Source: Octopus bimaculoides (Eukaryota). From it: a stretch of 52,526 bases of DNA. Shown in pieces: positions 1 to 12,936 of the stretch. The notes under the pieces are model-generated. The model was not told where the DNA came from. It saw only the letters and a program-made list of their open reading frames with translations, and did not search any database. Both the position numbers and the translations under genes were made by a program. Positions within the stretch are counted from its first letter, which is position 1; each line of letters starts with the position of its first letter. Location: positions 53,318,683-53,371,208 of the forward strand of contig NC_068999.1 of NCBI RefSeq assembly GCF_001194135.2, read 5' to 3'.

Positions 1-626
1 TTACACTTTTTTTATTCGCCGAATAAAATGTAGATGACAATTTAGATCGTGTCTGGGGTTGTTAAGCTGTGTGCGTGTGTTGTCTTTTATCTATATTTCC
101 TCGCTTCTGTGGGAAGCAAAACTCGATTACAAAGAAATCTACTTTATGTTCCCTGCGCGCCTAACTTGTCAGATGACAAACCGCTGGCTGATACAACTAC
201 TAAAGCCGGGTGTGTGTGCATGGGGGGGGGGATCCTACAGTAGTAGTAGTAAAAGCAGCTGAAAATCACCCCCTCTTCCTGCATTACTAGTGTACCGTCA
301 CATATGTGTGTGTATGCATATGTATATATATATATGTATGTATATGTGTATATAATTAAAATCTTAAACTGTCACATGATTCAAGAGCCATTTCTAATTT
401 TATAAAAATTTTCAAAATTTTTCGAATACCGTATGTGATCGCAAAGAAAGCTGAGACTGTCACTGAGTCTTGGTAACAATAGATATTTACTTAATCCTAG
501 TAATCTGGTTTCAGTCAACTCTTTCCGTGACAAGATGTACATAAATTTTTATGTTTTTTTTTTTTTTTATTTGAACTAACACCAACTCCTCATGTGGGTG
601 TACAGTTTTGTCATGTGAAAAACTAC

Positions 627-657
627 TGTGTGTGTGTGTGTGTGTTTCAAGCCGTTG

Positions 658-684
<27 letters not shown>
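627..684. repeat. (TG)n and (TA)n microsatellites
   Basis: Directly visible at 627-645 and 658-684. Confidence 0.95.
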
Positions 685-692
<8 letters not shown>

Positions 693-827
693 ATTAACAG
701 GCTTCATATTAAACTTAATTTAAATGAAACAAAAGACATTCTCCATTAGATATGTGAAAACTTCCAAAATGTTCCGTCTCTACATGTAAGGCACGACTGT
801 CTATTTGCCTTTTAATTTATTTTTTAT

Positions 828-1102
828 NNNNNNNNNNNNNNNNNNNNNNNNNNNNNNNNNNNNNNNNNNNNNNNNNNNNNNNNNNNNNNNNNNNNNNNNN
901 NNNNNNNNNNNNNNNNNNNNNNNNNNNNNNNNNNNNNNNNNNNNNNNNNNNNNNNNNNNNNNNNNNNNNNNNNNNNNNNNNNNNNNNNNNNNNNNNNNNN
1001 NNNNNNNNNNNNNNNNNNNNNNNNNNNNNNNNNNNNNNNNNNNNNNNNNNNNNNNNNNNNNNNNNNNNNNNNNNNNNNNNNNNNNNNNNNNNNNNNNNNN
1101 NN
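828..1102. other. Assembly gap (N run)
   Basis: Ns. Confidence 1.
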
Positions 1103-1446
1103 GCAGAGAAAGCAAGCGACAGATTAAAATGTATTCATCACCTGGTCTTGGTTGTTCAATTGTCAGTTTTGCTAGAAAATTTTCTCATGTTCATTGACGA
1201 AAACAGGGGTCAGATTTACAAAATAGCTTTGTTTTTACCGCTCAGTTTCACTACATAATAACAGCGACGATTTAAGAAAAGGGATGAGTTAAAGCTAAGA
1301 TTTGTTACAAGCAGAAGAAAGGAGACAGTAGCGTGAACATGTATTAATCTCTCTCTCTCATATATACATATATATAAAGTAATGCTCTCCTGTAAAAAGC
1401 ATTATCCGTGGGCAAGATACAAGTTTTCTACAGATTCCTACCCACA

Positions 1447-1865
1447 GTGTGTGTGTGTGTGTGTGTGTGTGCCCATCATTCCAATTGGTTCTTTTGTAGA
1501 ACCGTGCATGTTTGTGAAATATATATTTCAAAAATAGTGCTTCGTTCTTCTGGGCTAATCCTTTTCCTAGTTTCGCCGCCGCCTCCGCCGCCATCACCGC
1601 TGCTACTACTACTACGACCTTCTGTTTTACCGCTGCTACTATCATCCTCATTTCCCTCACTCTTTTTACCTCTGTTCTCGAGCTTACCGCCGCCATCACC
1701 ATCTTGTTCTCACACACACACACAGACATTACTGTCACCACCATCACACATCCGTCTTCCTTGCTATTGCTGTTAACTCGGTTGATACCGGTAGCCAGTG
1801 TGTGTGTGTGTGTGCGCGTGTATATTATACAGCCAGCTTCTTTCTCTCTCTCTCTCTCCCTCTCA
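1447..1865. repeat. Microsatellite/low-complexity cluster: (GT)n, (GCC/CCA/CTA)n, (CA)n, (CT)n
   Basis: Directly visible; ccgccgccatcacc occurs exactly at 1585 and 1687. Confidence 0.85.
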
Positions 1866-2385
1866 TATAGCCGACCTTCCATCTGTCAAGTTCTGTGACG
1901 AAGCTTGCTATCGCAGAATCACTCGCATACACACACGCATTTACAATAAGTAGAAAGGGAAGCGGTTGAAAGCGTGCTTGCTGTCTGTCGCTTTCGAAGA
2001 CTGCATGTTAAAATCCCCTTTTGTCAGAAGGCCAGACCCTAGCCTTGTTTTTGTTTTCGTTTTTTGTTTAGCTGATTCCACGTAGGGAAAAATAAAGTAG
2101 CCTTCTGCTGCTGCTGTTGTTGTGTACAACAGAACAAGTCTCCTCGTCCTCCTCTCCAACCAATATATTAAAGTAATTGCTAATAGGCACCCTCTTCCAG
2201 CCGTTCTCTATGTTCACCATCACCCCCACCTCAACAAACCACCTCTGTTCTCGACACCACCATTACACATCAAGTCTGTTCTCTCCTCCACCGATAAAAC
2301 GAGTCAATGAAGGAAAGCCTTTTACACGGTCGCTCGACCTGCAAGAAATAGCGACCATGTGGCTAACTCAGCTCGTACATATCGC

Positions 2386-2667
2386 TAAAGGCAGGACTGT
2401 CGTGGCTGAAACGCCTATGATAATTCTGCTCATTCAGTGCTGACCGACAGTTAAACAGCTTCCACTGAGTTCTAGTTGTCTTGCGATCAAGATTTAAACC
2501 CCGCTCTATAGCAACTACAAGTAAAGGCAGGACTGTCGCGGCCGAAACGCCTATCATAATTCTGTTCATTCAGTGTTGACCAGCGATGAACAGCTAATAC
2601 TACTTAAAAAGTTCTGTTCGTTGTCTTGCGATCAATATTTGAACCCGACACTATTGTAACTACAAGG
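2386..2667 (+). repeat. Two-unit tandem duplication (about 136 and 146 bp)
   Basis: taaaggcaggactgtcg.ggc.gaaacgcctat.ataattctg.tcattcagtg begins at 2386 and at 2522; both units continue gttgtcttgcgatcaa...aactacaag. Confidence 0.85.
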
Positions 2668-4135
2668 TAAACTCAATGCTATATAGCACACTAACGTTTG
2701 GTAGTGCAGTTTCATAAGGATCAATCTAGTCTGTAAGCCGACATCTCCCAAATTATTTCCTCCGAGTGATTGCAGCAGATTGTAGAAACCCCAGTGTTCT
2801 CTCTCTTCTTGAAACCCCTTCCTGCTCTTTTCCGTGAACAGTTATTCATGTTTTAATATTGTCTTTCCCCTTTTTCTCTCGTACCGTCCGTCCCCTTCTT
2901 GTTTTCCTTTCAATCCAGCCGAGCTGGTGCTTGCCAAAAGTCTCTTTTGTTGGAACTCCTTCGTGGTCTTCTTTTTCTGCCTATTGTTCAATCTGCTGAA
3001 TGTTTCCAGTGTAAAATTTCTTTTTCCCATTCTTCATTCATCCATTAATTGTATTCTATTACAAGAATAACCAATATATCCCCCAACTTTTAGGGTGAAG
3101 AGAATATTATTTTTTTTAACATCTGTAATACTGACAATGACAATTCTGTGGACCTCGTTCCATCCAGTAATTTCTGGGGTGACTGTCGATTGTACAAGAA
3201 GCTGCCGTTTAAGCTGTGGTGATCTGAACTACCAAAGTCGGTACTTCGAAGGCTCTAATGTCCGAGTTCAAATACCACCCAATGTCCCTTCTTGTCTCTT
3301 CCAGATTAATAAGTGATACTTTCTATTATCTCTCCTCTTCCCTATTACATCTTCTAATTGCAATACTGGATGTTGTGAAATAGCGTTGAGTTCTCGGCGC
3401 TTTCCTGAGACTTTTCAAATTCCTGTTGGAGCCGTTGATTTTCTTGTGTGTGTGAGGGGGGGGGAGAAAGAAAGTGTGTATGTGAGTATGAAAGGAGCAA
3501 GAAATGGCATTGACAATTTTCCCCATATCTTGCTACAAGGTTTCCCCACCCCCAACAATAAAAGAAGCTATAATTTATTTCAATGAAATTGAATGTCAAC
3601 GAACATATGGTTGAATTTAATTAAATACTTCATGTGGACTGTCGTATTGTGGCATGTGACTGTCATGCGATCGATGGATGCTGAATTAGAGGCAGGCTGT
3701 GGTATATATTATGGATGACATGTGATAGAATTGGATGCCTGGATAGTGGGATAAGATTTTATGGACATATGCCACTTCCTTTATCTGATGGTTTAATCTG
3801 CTACAAATAGCAACCAGATCTCTCACGGACTACTATATTTTTTATTTAATAAAAAAAAAAACTGACACATTGAATAATGTAGTCAGGGAAATATGCGGAT
3901 GGAATGGCCACGGTTGAAAGATCGTTGATCTGCTCTATCAAACTTCATGCATATTTCTCCTTGGGTGAGATATAACAAACGGTAACTTAGAGCAGCGAAG
4001 CAAAACCAACTCTGAGGAAATGCTTACTTGTAATTATGCTGATTAAACCTGTCGAGAGATCTGGGTGTAAACAGGAAATAACATTGGGGGGTAGAAACAA
4101 CGAGTGAGTAGACAGCTGTTGAGATATGAAGAATG

Positions 4136-4167
<32 letters not shown>

Positions 4168-5299
4168 GATTTCGAATATTCCAGAATTAAATGCTTCATT
4201 TATTTCAGATATATTAATAAAAGCATCGAAAATGTTTGTGCGAGGTTCCATATTGTACGGATTTTAATTCTTAAACCATGCTACTGAATGGATATTAGTG
4301 ACAATATGTTTGCTTATAAATACTATTTAGACAACCGGTATCGTCTTGGCAATTTGACACATGTCACAATTTTTGGCACTTATCATTCAAAAATGTTGTC
4401 ACTCACCACTACTCATTTTTAGTCATGGAAAAAAATGTCACTTTAAAATATACAATTTTTATCAAATCAGAAGTCCTTTTTTTTTATTTCTAAATGTTAA
4501 TGAACATGGTCATTTTCGAGATAATCTGAAGCAAAAACTATCCCTTCTCGCAAGGTATTGCTACTGGAAACCTTGATTCTGCCGTTTCGATTCTTTATAT
4601 ACTGAAAATTAGATGTTCAGTTACAGCAGATTGCTATAAATTATTTTATCAATCGTGCAGCCATGATGAATCTGCAATATCAGCTTAATTTTAATAATAT
4701 ATCTTGCTTTTTTATTCTGAAACACGAGTTCAGTTTCATTATGGGGGAAATTAATTTAGCTTATTCATTACTGCTCCACCAACTTCACTAATAAAGTAAC
4801 ATTGAGTTTTGCAATATAATATTGATGACTTTTTTCCTTCCATTATAGTTCTAGCAAACACCCTAATCCCTAAATGATATATTACCTGTTTTTTTCAGTT
4901 ATGCTGAATGAAGCGTCATAGTACTCTTCAGAAACAATCGTAATAGTCACTCTTTTACAAATGTCATTTTGTAGTCATTAAACCGGCATTTCTATGTCAG
5001 TGCTTTAGAATGATTTAAAAGCTGGTGGAAGTAGCATTGGGTGATATTTATCTTTATAAACGCAATGGCTGTTTCTCTACAGCTGGTGTCTCTCTAACAG
5101 CAGATCGAAACGTCTCTCACGTGATAACCGGCAAAACTAGCTTCACGCTGCTTCATGGAAGGTTTAACTCGATCTCCAGCTCGCTAGAGCTTGTCTATAA
5201 TTTCAGTCTCTTAAGGAGAGGCGCGTGCTTCAATTTCTAGACATGACATAATGCAATTCGATAAACAGATCGCTAATTTAAAAAAAAGCACCAGACTCG

Positions 5300-5383
5300 G
5301 TACTGAAATCGATATTATCGACTGAAACCATTGAAAGCGGTGTCCCTGCATGGCCGCAGTTCAGTGACCCGGAACAACTAAAA
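5300..5383 (+). mobile_element. SINE family C, 3' fragment
   Basis: atcgatattatcgactgaaa...gcggtgtccctgcatggccgcagttcagtgac...gaacaactaaaa. Confidence 0.6.
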
Positions 5384-6986
5384 TATGAGGAAAGCCAGAA
5401 ATGTCATGTCATTTAAAAGCTGAAATTTACTTTTTTTTTTAAATGGAATTTTAAAACTTTAGGGGTTTCAAATGAAGGAGGGTTAGGTGATAGTACTTAG
5501 AGCAGGGTTGAAAAATGAAGATTTTTGCAATTTCCAAAATAGGCCAAGGGAAGAATTCAGAGCTGAACAGTTTTGTCGATCACGTGACTATCAAGACTCG
5601 TGATGAGATCAGAATAATGCAAATGACCAAATATCATTAAATCACCTTTAGAGTCCTCTCTCTCTCTCTTTCCCTTTCGCTCTCCCCACTCCATGGATTA
5701 ATTGGAATATGTTACATCGGTGGAGCCACACTAATGTTCTGATAGTAACATTTTCTATCATAAGTTAAGGGTACAATGCCATGAATTGATGGGAGTGGAT
5801 ATGTTGATTTAATCGTCCTACCTCAGCCCATCACTGGCCCTTTTATCAAACACATACCCCGGGGAAGATTTTTTTTTTTCCACTTATATCTGTTCATTTA
5901 TTTCGAATTTTCTGAGTAAAGACAAGGCATTTAAGCCGAAGATGTACTACAAATCTGGAGACCTGTTTTTTCATATATAGTTGAATATAAAATAGTGAGT
6001 GTGCATTCGTAAGTAGGCTTTTACGCATGGTACATAATTAAAATCTAATTTCTAAAAATTTTTCTTCACGGAATTGGAAGTACTGCTATAGAGCTCGTGG
6101 TAAAAACTCTAGTCCTTTTTCTCCAATGCAGTTTCGATTTCCGACTGCAGTCACCTTTCTCTGTTAAAGGAAAAGCACGAACACCACTCTTTCTCTCTCC
6201 ATCTCTAATATATGAGTTTTGTCACTATTTCAAAGTAATAATTGACAAATTTCGTTTCCTTTTAGTCTTCCCTTTCATTTTTCATTTCCTCCTTTGTTTT
6301 TTTCGCAACCTCTTGTTCCCTCCACTCTCAAAATTCTTAATTACAGTAAATTTCGACAGCAATCTATATATTTAAGCTTGGTAATTACATTTACTGCCAG
6401 AGTTTCTTGGCTGACGGCTGAGAGGAAACGAGATGACAGGGTGTGCATTGATAATGATGATGATTAGATGAGGTTTTTAATTCCTCCATAAATCACTACT
6501 TAACCAACCAGTTTCTATACTCCGTTTGCCTTCCGTGTTTTAACGTTAAACTAAAGCAGCAACGAAATTACACAGTAGCCGAAGCCAATGGATCTCTACC
6601 AGATAAATTAGTTTAGAGTAATAGTAGCGGTAGCGGCGGTGACGCTAGTTGTGGTTTTGGTGGAAACAAGAGAATTTTAAAGCCTAGGCATTAAAGCAGC
6701 ATAAAACTGCTAGTTATAGTTGGTTGCTATAAAATAAAGGCGGCACTTGTTGCTTCTAACAAACTATCACGACTGCCTACAATAGTTAAAATATACCATT
6801 CCACTCACAAACACACTTTTTTTCTTTTCTTTTTACGTTAACAGCTAGCTTCGCCATTAGTTATTGTCTGCCACTTGCTTGATACCACCCACTTAATCTT
6901 GGTTATTATACCTTTTTAAAATTTACTTTTCAACAAGGCAAATTGCTTTATATATACATGTATTGAAATCGCTCATGCCTTTCTAC

Positions 6987-6989
<3 letters not shown>

Positions 6990-7024
<35 letters not shown>
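6990..7024. repeat. (TA)n microsatellite
   Basis: Directly visible. Confidence 0.95.
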
Positions 7025-7028
<4 letters not shown>

Positions 7029-8347
7029 GATGTAGAAATTTTGTATGCAAATATGTATATATATATATATATGCATGTATTCGCGTATGTTTGTGTGTGC
7101 GTTTTAAAGAAGGTGGAGCCAACTTCAGGTCACGCAACCATAGTCTGAAAGGAATTGGTAGTATATCAAACAAGCAGTCGTTATCTAGTAGTGGTAGTGG
7201 AACTAGTAGCTTAGCAGTTTTTCCAGTCTCATCAGTTCTGACACCCGGTTAGTTACATGGCGACAGTAGATTTGATTTGGCGAGGTTTGTGGATGGCATG
7301 ATGGATGAATGTACAGTGGATCGAACTGAGATTGATTACCATAAATGATCGGAGGGTGTTGGTTATACTGGGGATAAAATTATTAAGCTTAGTAGATGTA
7401 GATTATTGGCGGTGGCATTATGTTTGCAGCTATTTAGAGGTATGGTTATTTATTAAATGGTGGGGCTCTCGTGGAGACGGTGTAACGTCAGCGTTAGGAT
7501 GAAATTTTTTATTTTTTATTTTTTATCCCGGCTTATAGTATCTCAACAGGAATGTTAGAAAGGTACAAGGCATTTAAGTGTGGCCGAGTAAATGTTCATA
7601 GTTTTCCATTGCCTTCGGAAAAGCAAGCGGAATAGCTGAATACGATAAAGAATGGAAAGCCGAACCGCGAACTGTTAAGTAGGGGCGAAGCATCAATTCC
7701 ACAACGTCGCTTTTGCACCGTGCCGTTGGAATCGAGGATGGTTCGATTATAATGGTGCGTTGGGGGTGAGGGCGGGGAATGAAAGCTCCCTTTCCTCGGC
7801 TTTGATGGATAAGTTAATAGATGCAGGATTCGTGCCCTGCCTTTTTAGGTAATTTAGGGAGTTTATGGTTGCAAGGTTCATTCTGCCATCTTTAATTTTT
7901 TTTTTTTTTGAAAGATTAAAAAATATTTTTTAACTGAATCTTATTAACAATTAAAAAAAACCGAAATAGTGGACATGTAAATTATATTCAACGAAAATTT
8001 ATATCACGTTTGCATTCGGGAATGTATTAAGGCACGAATTTTTTAAGAATTTGTGCTTTTAATGCCTCGCTCTTTAATGACAATTAGAATTTATTCCTAA
8101 TTCAAGAATCAATCAATTTGAATATTTCAATTTTTCGATTAATTTTGAGGGAAGGGAACTTGGTCAGTGGGAAGAATATAGCCCATGGCTCTTTTCAAGG
8201 CTTCCGAGACTTTAAGGATGGTAGAAAGTTGCCGACTGGCCAAGAACCTGACCTGGATATTTGAAACGGTGTGATCTCTTCTAAAACAACAAACGATCAA
8301 AGTGGCGATGTTAAACAAGGTGACAGACCGAGTGTCCAAGAACACGT

Positions 8348-8477
8348 CCACCAAATTTCACAAGGCTTCGATCGTTCGGAAGCTACGTTTTTAGATGATA
8401 CACTTGTCCAAAGTGGCGTGCAGTGAAATCGATCTCGAAACCACGTAGTTAAAGCGAACTTAACCGCACAACCACGG
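8348..8477 (-). mobile_element. SINE family C, 5' part
   Basis: Minus strand: gtggttgtgcggttaagttcgc...cgtggtttcgag...gccactttggacaagtgt...aagccttgtgaaatttggtgg. Confidence 0.65.
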
Positions 8478-8767
8478 AAGACTCACTCCTTTGACACAGG
8501 AAACAATGACAGTTTGAGTGTTGATGCTTACTCTCTCCCTCTCTTTCACACACTCTCTTTCTTTCACACACACACTAAAAGTATTCCTCTGAGATTGAAA
8601 CTATTTCCTTCAATCGAGAATGGAAATCTACTTGAATATATTTTAATATCCGCTTATCTACTCTTATATTAATGAAACCTCTCAACGAGCTGAATCTACA
8701 TGAAATCACAAGATTTCGTTTAAATTAGTAGTGGCAATCGTATCAAGATTTAATCTATTGTAGTGTT

Positions 8768-8802
<35 letters not shown>

Positions 8803-8986
8803 AGTACACTGTTGCTTCAGTAGAAGCTACAAATTTTACGTTCGTATCGCATTGTTAGCTTAGCATATTTTTGCATATATATCGATTTATTAAGTTGGCT
8901 TCTTCGTTTTTGTTCTTAATATTTCGTAAGTACTTCCTGCTTATAACTTCAATAACACTGTGTGTGTGTGTGTGTGTGTGTGTGTG
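8768..8986. repeat. (GTA)n at 8768-8806 and (TG)n at 8959-8986
   Basis: Directly visible. Confidence 0.95.
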
Positions 8987-9052
8987 GAGAGGTGCACTTT
9001 TCAATTTAATAGTTTTAAACTAATTCATTAAAAAATCAATTGCATATATTCA

Positions 9053-9540
9053 TTCTCTCACTTACACTCTAGGCTCTCGTTCGCTCTTCCTCTCTCTCGC
9101 ACCCACGCTCTCTTACTTTCACTCTCTTACGCGCGGACCCGTGCCCTCTTACTCTCTCGCACTCTACTCTCTCCTCTCACTCGCTCTTATTTACTCTCTT
9201 CTCGCCCACTCTCTTTACTCTCGCTCCTCTCACTCGCTCTCTTTACTCCCTCCCCTCTCACGCTTTCTCTCTCTCTCTCTCTTTTACGCACGCTCTCTCA
9301 ATCGCGCACGCGCACTCGCTCTCACTCTCTCTCACGCTCTCTCTCTCTCACTCGCTCTCTCACTCGCCCTCTCACTCTCTCGCTTTCTCTCCCTCTCTCC
9401 TTCACTCTCTCTCACTCGCGCTCTTTCTCTCTCTCTCTCTATCTCTTTCCCACGCGCTGTTACTCGCTCCTTCCCGCTCTCTTTTGCGCGCGCGCACGCT
9501 TTCTCTTCTTCTCTTACGAAAATTCCCCCTCTTTCCCCTC
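9053..9540 (+). repeat. About 490-bp CT-rich polypyrimidine low-complexity tract
   Basis: Nearly all C/T with interspersed cgc/cac; recurrent cactcgc unit; (GC)5 at about 9486-9495. Confidence 0.9.
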
Positions 9541-10849
9541 GCACAAAATAAGGTCTGGTCAATGTCTTCTACGGCAGCTGGCTTTAAATTATAATTCCGA
9601 CCATTTCCACACACCAAACGGACAATTAGTATTTTATTCAACTACCTACAACTTATCTGTATTTTAAAGTGTAGTGTGATGGCCGGGCGATTTAACTGTA
9701 CGGCCTCTCTATTTAGATTATGTTGCACAAACGTGGCCCTAGCATCGTTCAAATGGCAAAGAAACTGTCGGATGTTGACATAAGTCTCATTTATCAGATA
9801 GCGAAGAAATTGTAAAATAATGACTAGTATCATTTAGCAGATGGTAAAGAAACTGCAATATGGTCATACTAGCAACATTAACATTTGGCAAAGAAATTGC
9901 AGCGGGTTGATAGCACTAGCAGGGTGGTGGTGACACTAGAATATTGTTAGATACAAACATCTTTAGCATTAGCATATGAAGAAAATGGACTTAAGTGGGC
10001 AATCAATATTGATTGTAGACTTTTACTTTCAACTCTCGTCGATGGAGGAAGTTAGCAATTGGCTAAATTTACATAGCTTATGTTTAGCTTGTGCTTAGCT
10101 CTAGGTCAACCCTTATCCAAGACATATGACCAATATACGTTCTAGTCGTGACCGTCCAGTCTAGAATTACCTAATCCTGTCTTTTTTTTTTTTCCTTTTG
10201 ACACTGTAGAGTGTGACTGGAAAGAAATAAAGTTACTGTTACTATAAAATAGCAACCCTGCAGATCAGTCTCAAAGCAAGGTAAAGTGCTGGCTCTTCAA
10301 GGTGCAAAACAGCATGCAGGATTTTCTGAATGGCACACCTAATGAAAAATTACGCTGAATTTATTTCTAATTGCGCAGCCTGCCTAATGATAATCCAGAT
10401 CTCATGCGGTCCGCTTTTCGACAAAGACTGCCTACGCCTAGTCTAGATGCCTTCTCTTCAGCTTTCTTTTATTCTTTTACATGTTTGTCATTTGACTGCG
10501 GCCATGCTGGAGCACCGCCTTGAAAAAAAAATGTAGCATTTCCCATGTGGCTTGTCCAACATAAAATGTTGAAACTTATCTGTTAGTCTCAAGCTTGTGC
10601 ATGAATTGGAATTGACAGACAATATTTTCAAGAATTCAAAAATTGCCAAATTCCTCTTTGTGACTAACAAAATAGTCTACTTCCAGTTCACAGCTGAGTG
10701 ATTACCACTAAGAAGGGTATCCAAGCGTAAAAAAGAAACTTGCTCAAACTGAATGAGAACTTAGTCAATAGTAATGGCTTCAACACTGTAGAAAAATAAG
10801 ATATTATACGAAGAATGAGGAAGTAAACCAACTGCCACTTAGATGATTA

Positions 10850-11078
10850 TTTCTTTATTGTCCACAGAGGGCTAAACATAGAGGACAAACAAGAATAAAC
10901 AAAGCGATTGAGTCGATTACATCGACCCCAGTGCGTAACTGGTACTTATTCAATCGACCCTGAAAGGATGAAAGGCAGAGTCGACCTCGGCGGAATTTGA
11001 ACTCGGAACGTAACGTCAGACGAAATACCGCTAAGCATTTCGCCCGGCGTGCTAACGATTCTTCCAGCTCGCCGCCCT
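10850..11078 (-). mobile_element. tRNA-derived SINE family A, near full-length
   Basis: Reverse complement reads ggcggcgagctggaagaatcgttagc (A box)...ccgagttcaaattcc (B box)...gtcgactctgcctttcatcctttcagggtcgattgaataagtaccag. It is collinear with the copy at 30504. From memory, the central block resembles the Meta/MESC SINE core; this is unverified. Confidence 0.9.
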
Positions 11079-12856
11079 TGTATGATTATTGCACGTGCGC
11101 ACAGCTCCCTTTACCGAATTCATTAATTCTCTCTTTCTGCTACACGCAGATTATTTCTCTAGGTGTTGCTGTACCCGTGCCTGCCGTGCACAGGCGCACT
11201 TATTGCTGCCACCGTCAGAGAAGCTAGTCTATAGCAATAATTGTGCTACTTTCAGCTTCAGGATTCGGAGAATACTGAAATTGAAATTTTTATCGGTTGA
11301 GCCATGAAGTTGTGGCTGTACTAAAAGTGGAACATTATGGGAAATCGATCTCAAGCTATTTCTAGGGAAGTGGGGGCATTAACTTAGTGCAACTTATCGG
11401 GAATTTGTTAGTTGATAATTTACAAAGACCCCTAAGGCAATCTTACTTGAATTCTTGGTTGTTATTCAAATACATAGCTAATGCGTTTCTAAAGTATGCC
11501 ACGCATTTTCATTTACTCGTAAACCAAAATGCCTTGAATATATAATGAATCAATCTGATGTTACATGCAATTTTAGTTTCTATTGAAACTGGCTGTGGTA
11601 TTTATATATAAATTCAAACTTTTCCTCTCATCTACATGCCATCGGAGAAATATTTGTAACGCCTGCATCCACCCATATCTTTCTCTCTCTCGAAACTTTT
11701 AGGGTATTGTGTACAAAAATTCTCGCGGAATCGAATTGCAATGAATAGTAATAAGCCCTATAGATTAACCAGGCCGTGTTCTCTTCTCACGCTAATCCAT
11801 TTATACCCTTCATGGGTACATAAATAGAACGTATTGAATAGGGTCGTGGCGTGAGTTTTTAGTCATTATTGTGCAGAGTCACGGGCAATCTTGAATTTGG
11901 AATTACAAGCTGTTTAACAATTCTGAAAATTAACACTGCCAGTGACCTAGGACAAACTTAAAGCCCAATTGATGCCGGTAATCCCTCTATAGCTTCTAAC
12001 GGAAATCAGTCAATGCACTCATCCTTGACACTGATTCTTCTCAACAGATTATATAACTTGATTTCTACTAACTAGGAAATGTAAATTGGAGGGTTTTAAT
12101 CACTGGTATCTGTTTGACTTTGTTACTACAAGCGTAAGCTTTCCAAACATACCAATGGCGCTAAATCCCACTAATTCCAAGAAAGATTTCCATGCTATTT
12201 ATCAACCCTTCTGGATTAATAAATAGAATTTATATGGTTTCTTAGATCTATACAACATTAGTCTTCAAGATCGGTGTGCGTTCACTCATTCACTCACCCA
12301 CACACACTCGCGTGCATCTAGTTAGAGATTAGCGCCATAAAGCCCTAACGACATTTTTCAACAGAAAGCCAATACTGGATGTGATAGAATCTGGGAGTGG
12401 TTAGCAATGAATTCCAAACGGAGTAAATTTCGAGAGCTCTGACATGTTGGTGTTATGTCAAGAAACTGAAAAATAACCACAGTGGATAATTTTCACTAGA
12501 CATTTTAGAGCCTGATGTGCCCAGAAGAACGGGTTGGGGGAATTAATACTAAAGTTCAAATATGTTCGAAACAATACAACAACGGCAATATTTGACATTC
12601 CTGAGTATTGGCGACTTCCGACGTAATTGGTTTAGTTATAATTCTTACTTCACCCATCTTGCATCATTTTGACTGAATTTTTTGTCACCAAAACTACCAT
12701 GTAAATGGTAATGGGTGACACTGACTTTTAAATATGTTCTACAAAATATCTTAAATATCAGGGGTTTTACTGTAGAAATCTTTCGGCGAGATGTAATCTT
12801 AAAGCCAAAAATCAGTACTTCATCTAATAAACCAGGTTTTACTTTTTGAATCTCAG

Positions 12857-12936
12857 ATGACGTAATCTAACCCATCTTTTTAAGACGGTAATGTGATATG
12901 AATGGAAGATTTGGTTGCTATTTCAAGCAAGTCGAA
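12857..12936. repeat. Dispersed short repeat E (reverse complement of ...cgac(c/t)tgctagaaatagca(g/a)ccaaatct...tcaaatcac...cgtcttaaaaa), at least 12 copies in the window
   Basis: Forward copies near 2335, 3797, 17881, 20245, 35985, 36628, 37650, 37835, 44443, 45650 and 52113; reverse copies at 12857-12936 and 33970-34003. Confidence 0.7.

Noticed and set aside
1358-1898. 174-aa minus and 122-aa plus ORFs
   Set aside because: Built from (CA)n, (CT)n and triplet microsatellites that lack stop codons; no protein-like content.
8133-8440. Plus-strand frame of about 100 codons with a single stop
   Set aside because: No recognisable motif, and its 3' part runs through an antisense SINE-C, so it is probably chance.
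9141-9641. ORFs 9141..9551(+), 9332..9562(-) and 9402..9641(-) with L/S or R/E repeats
   Set aside because: They are translations of the CT-rich tract, with no splice sites or domain motifs.
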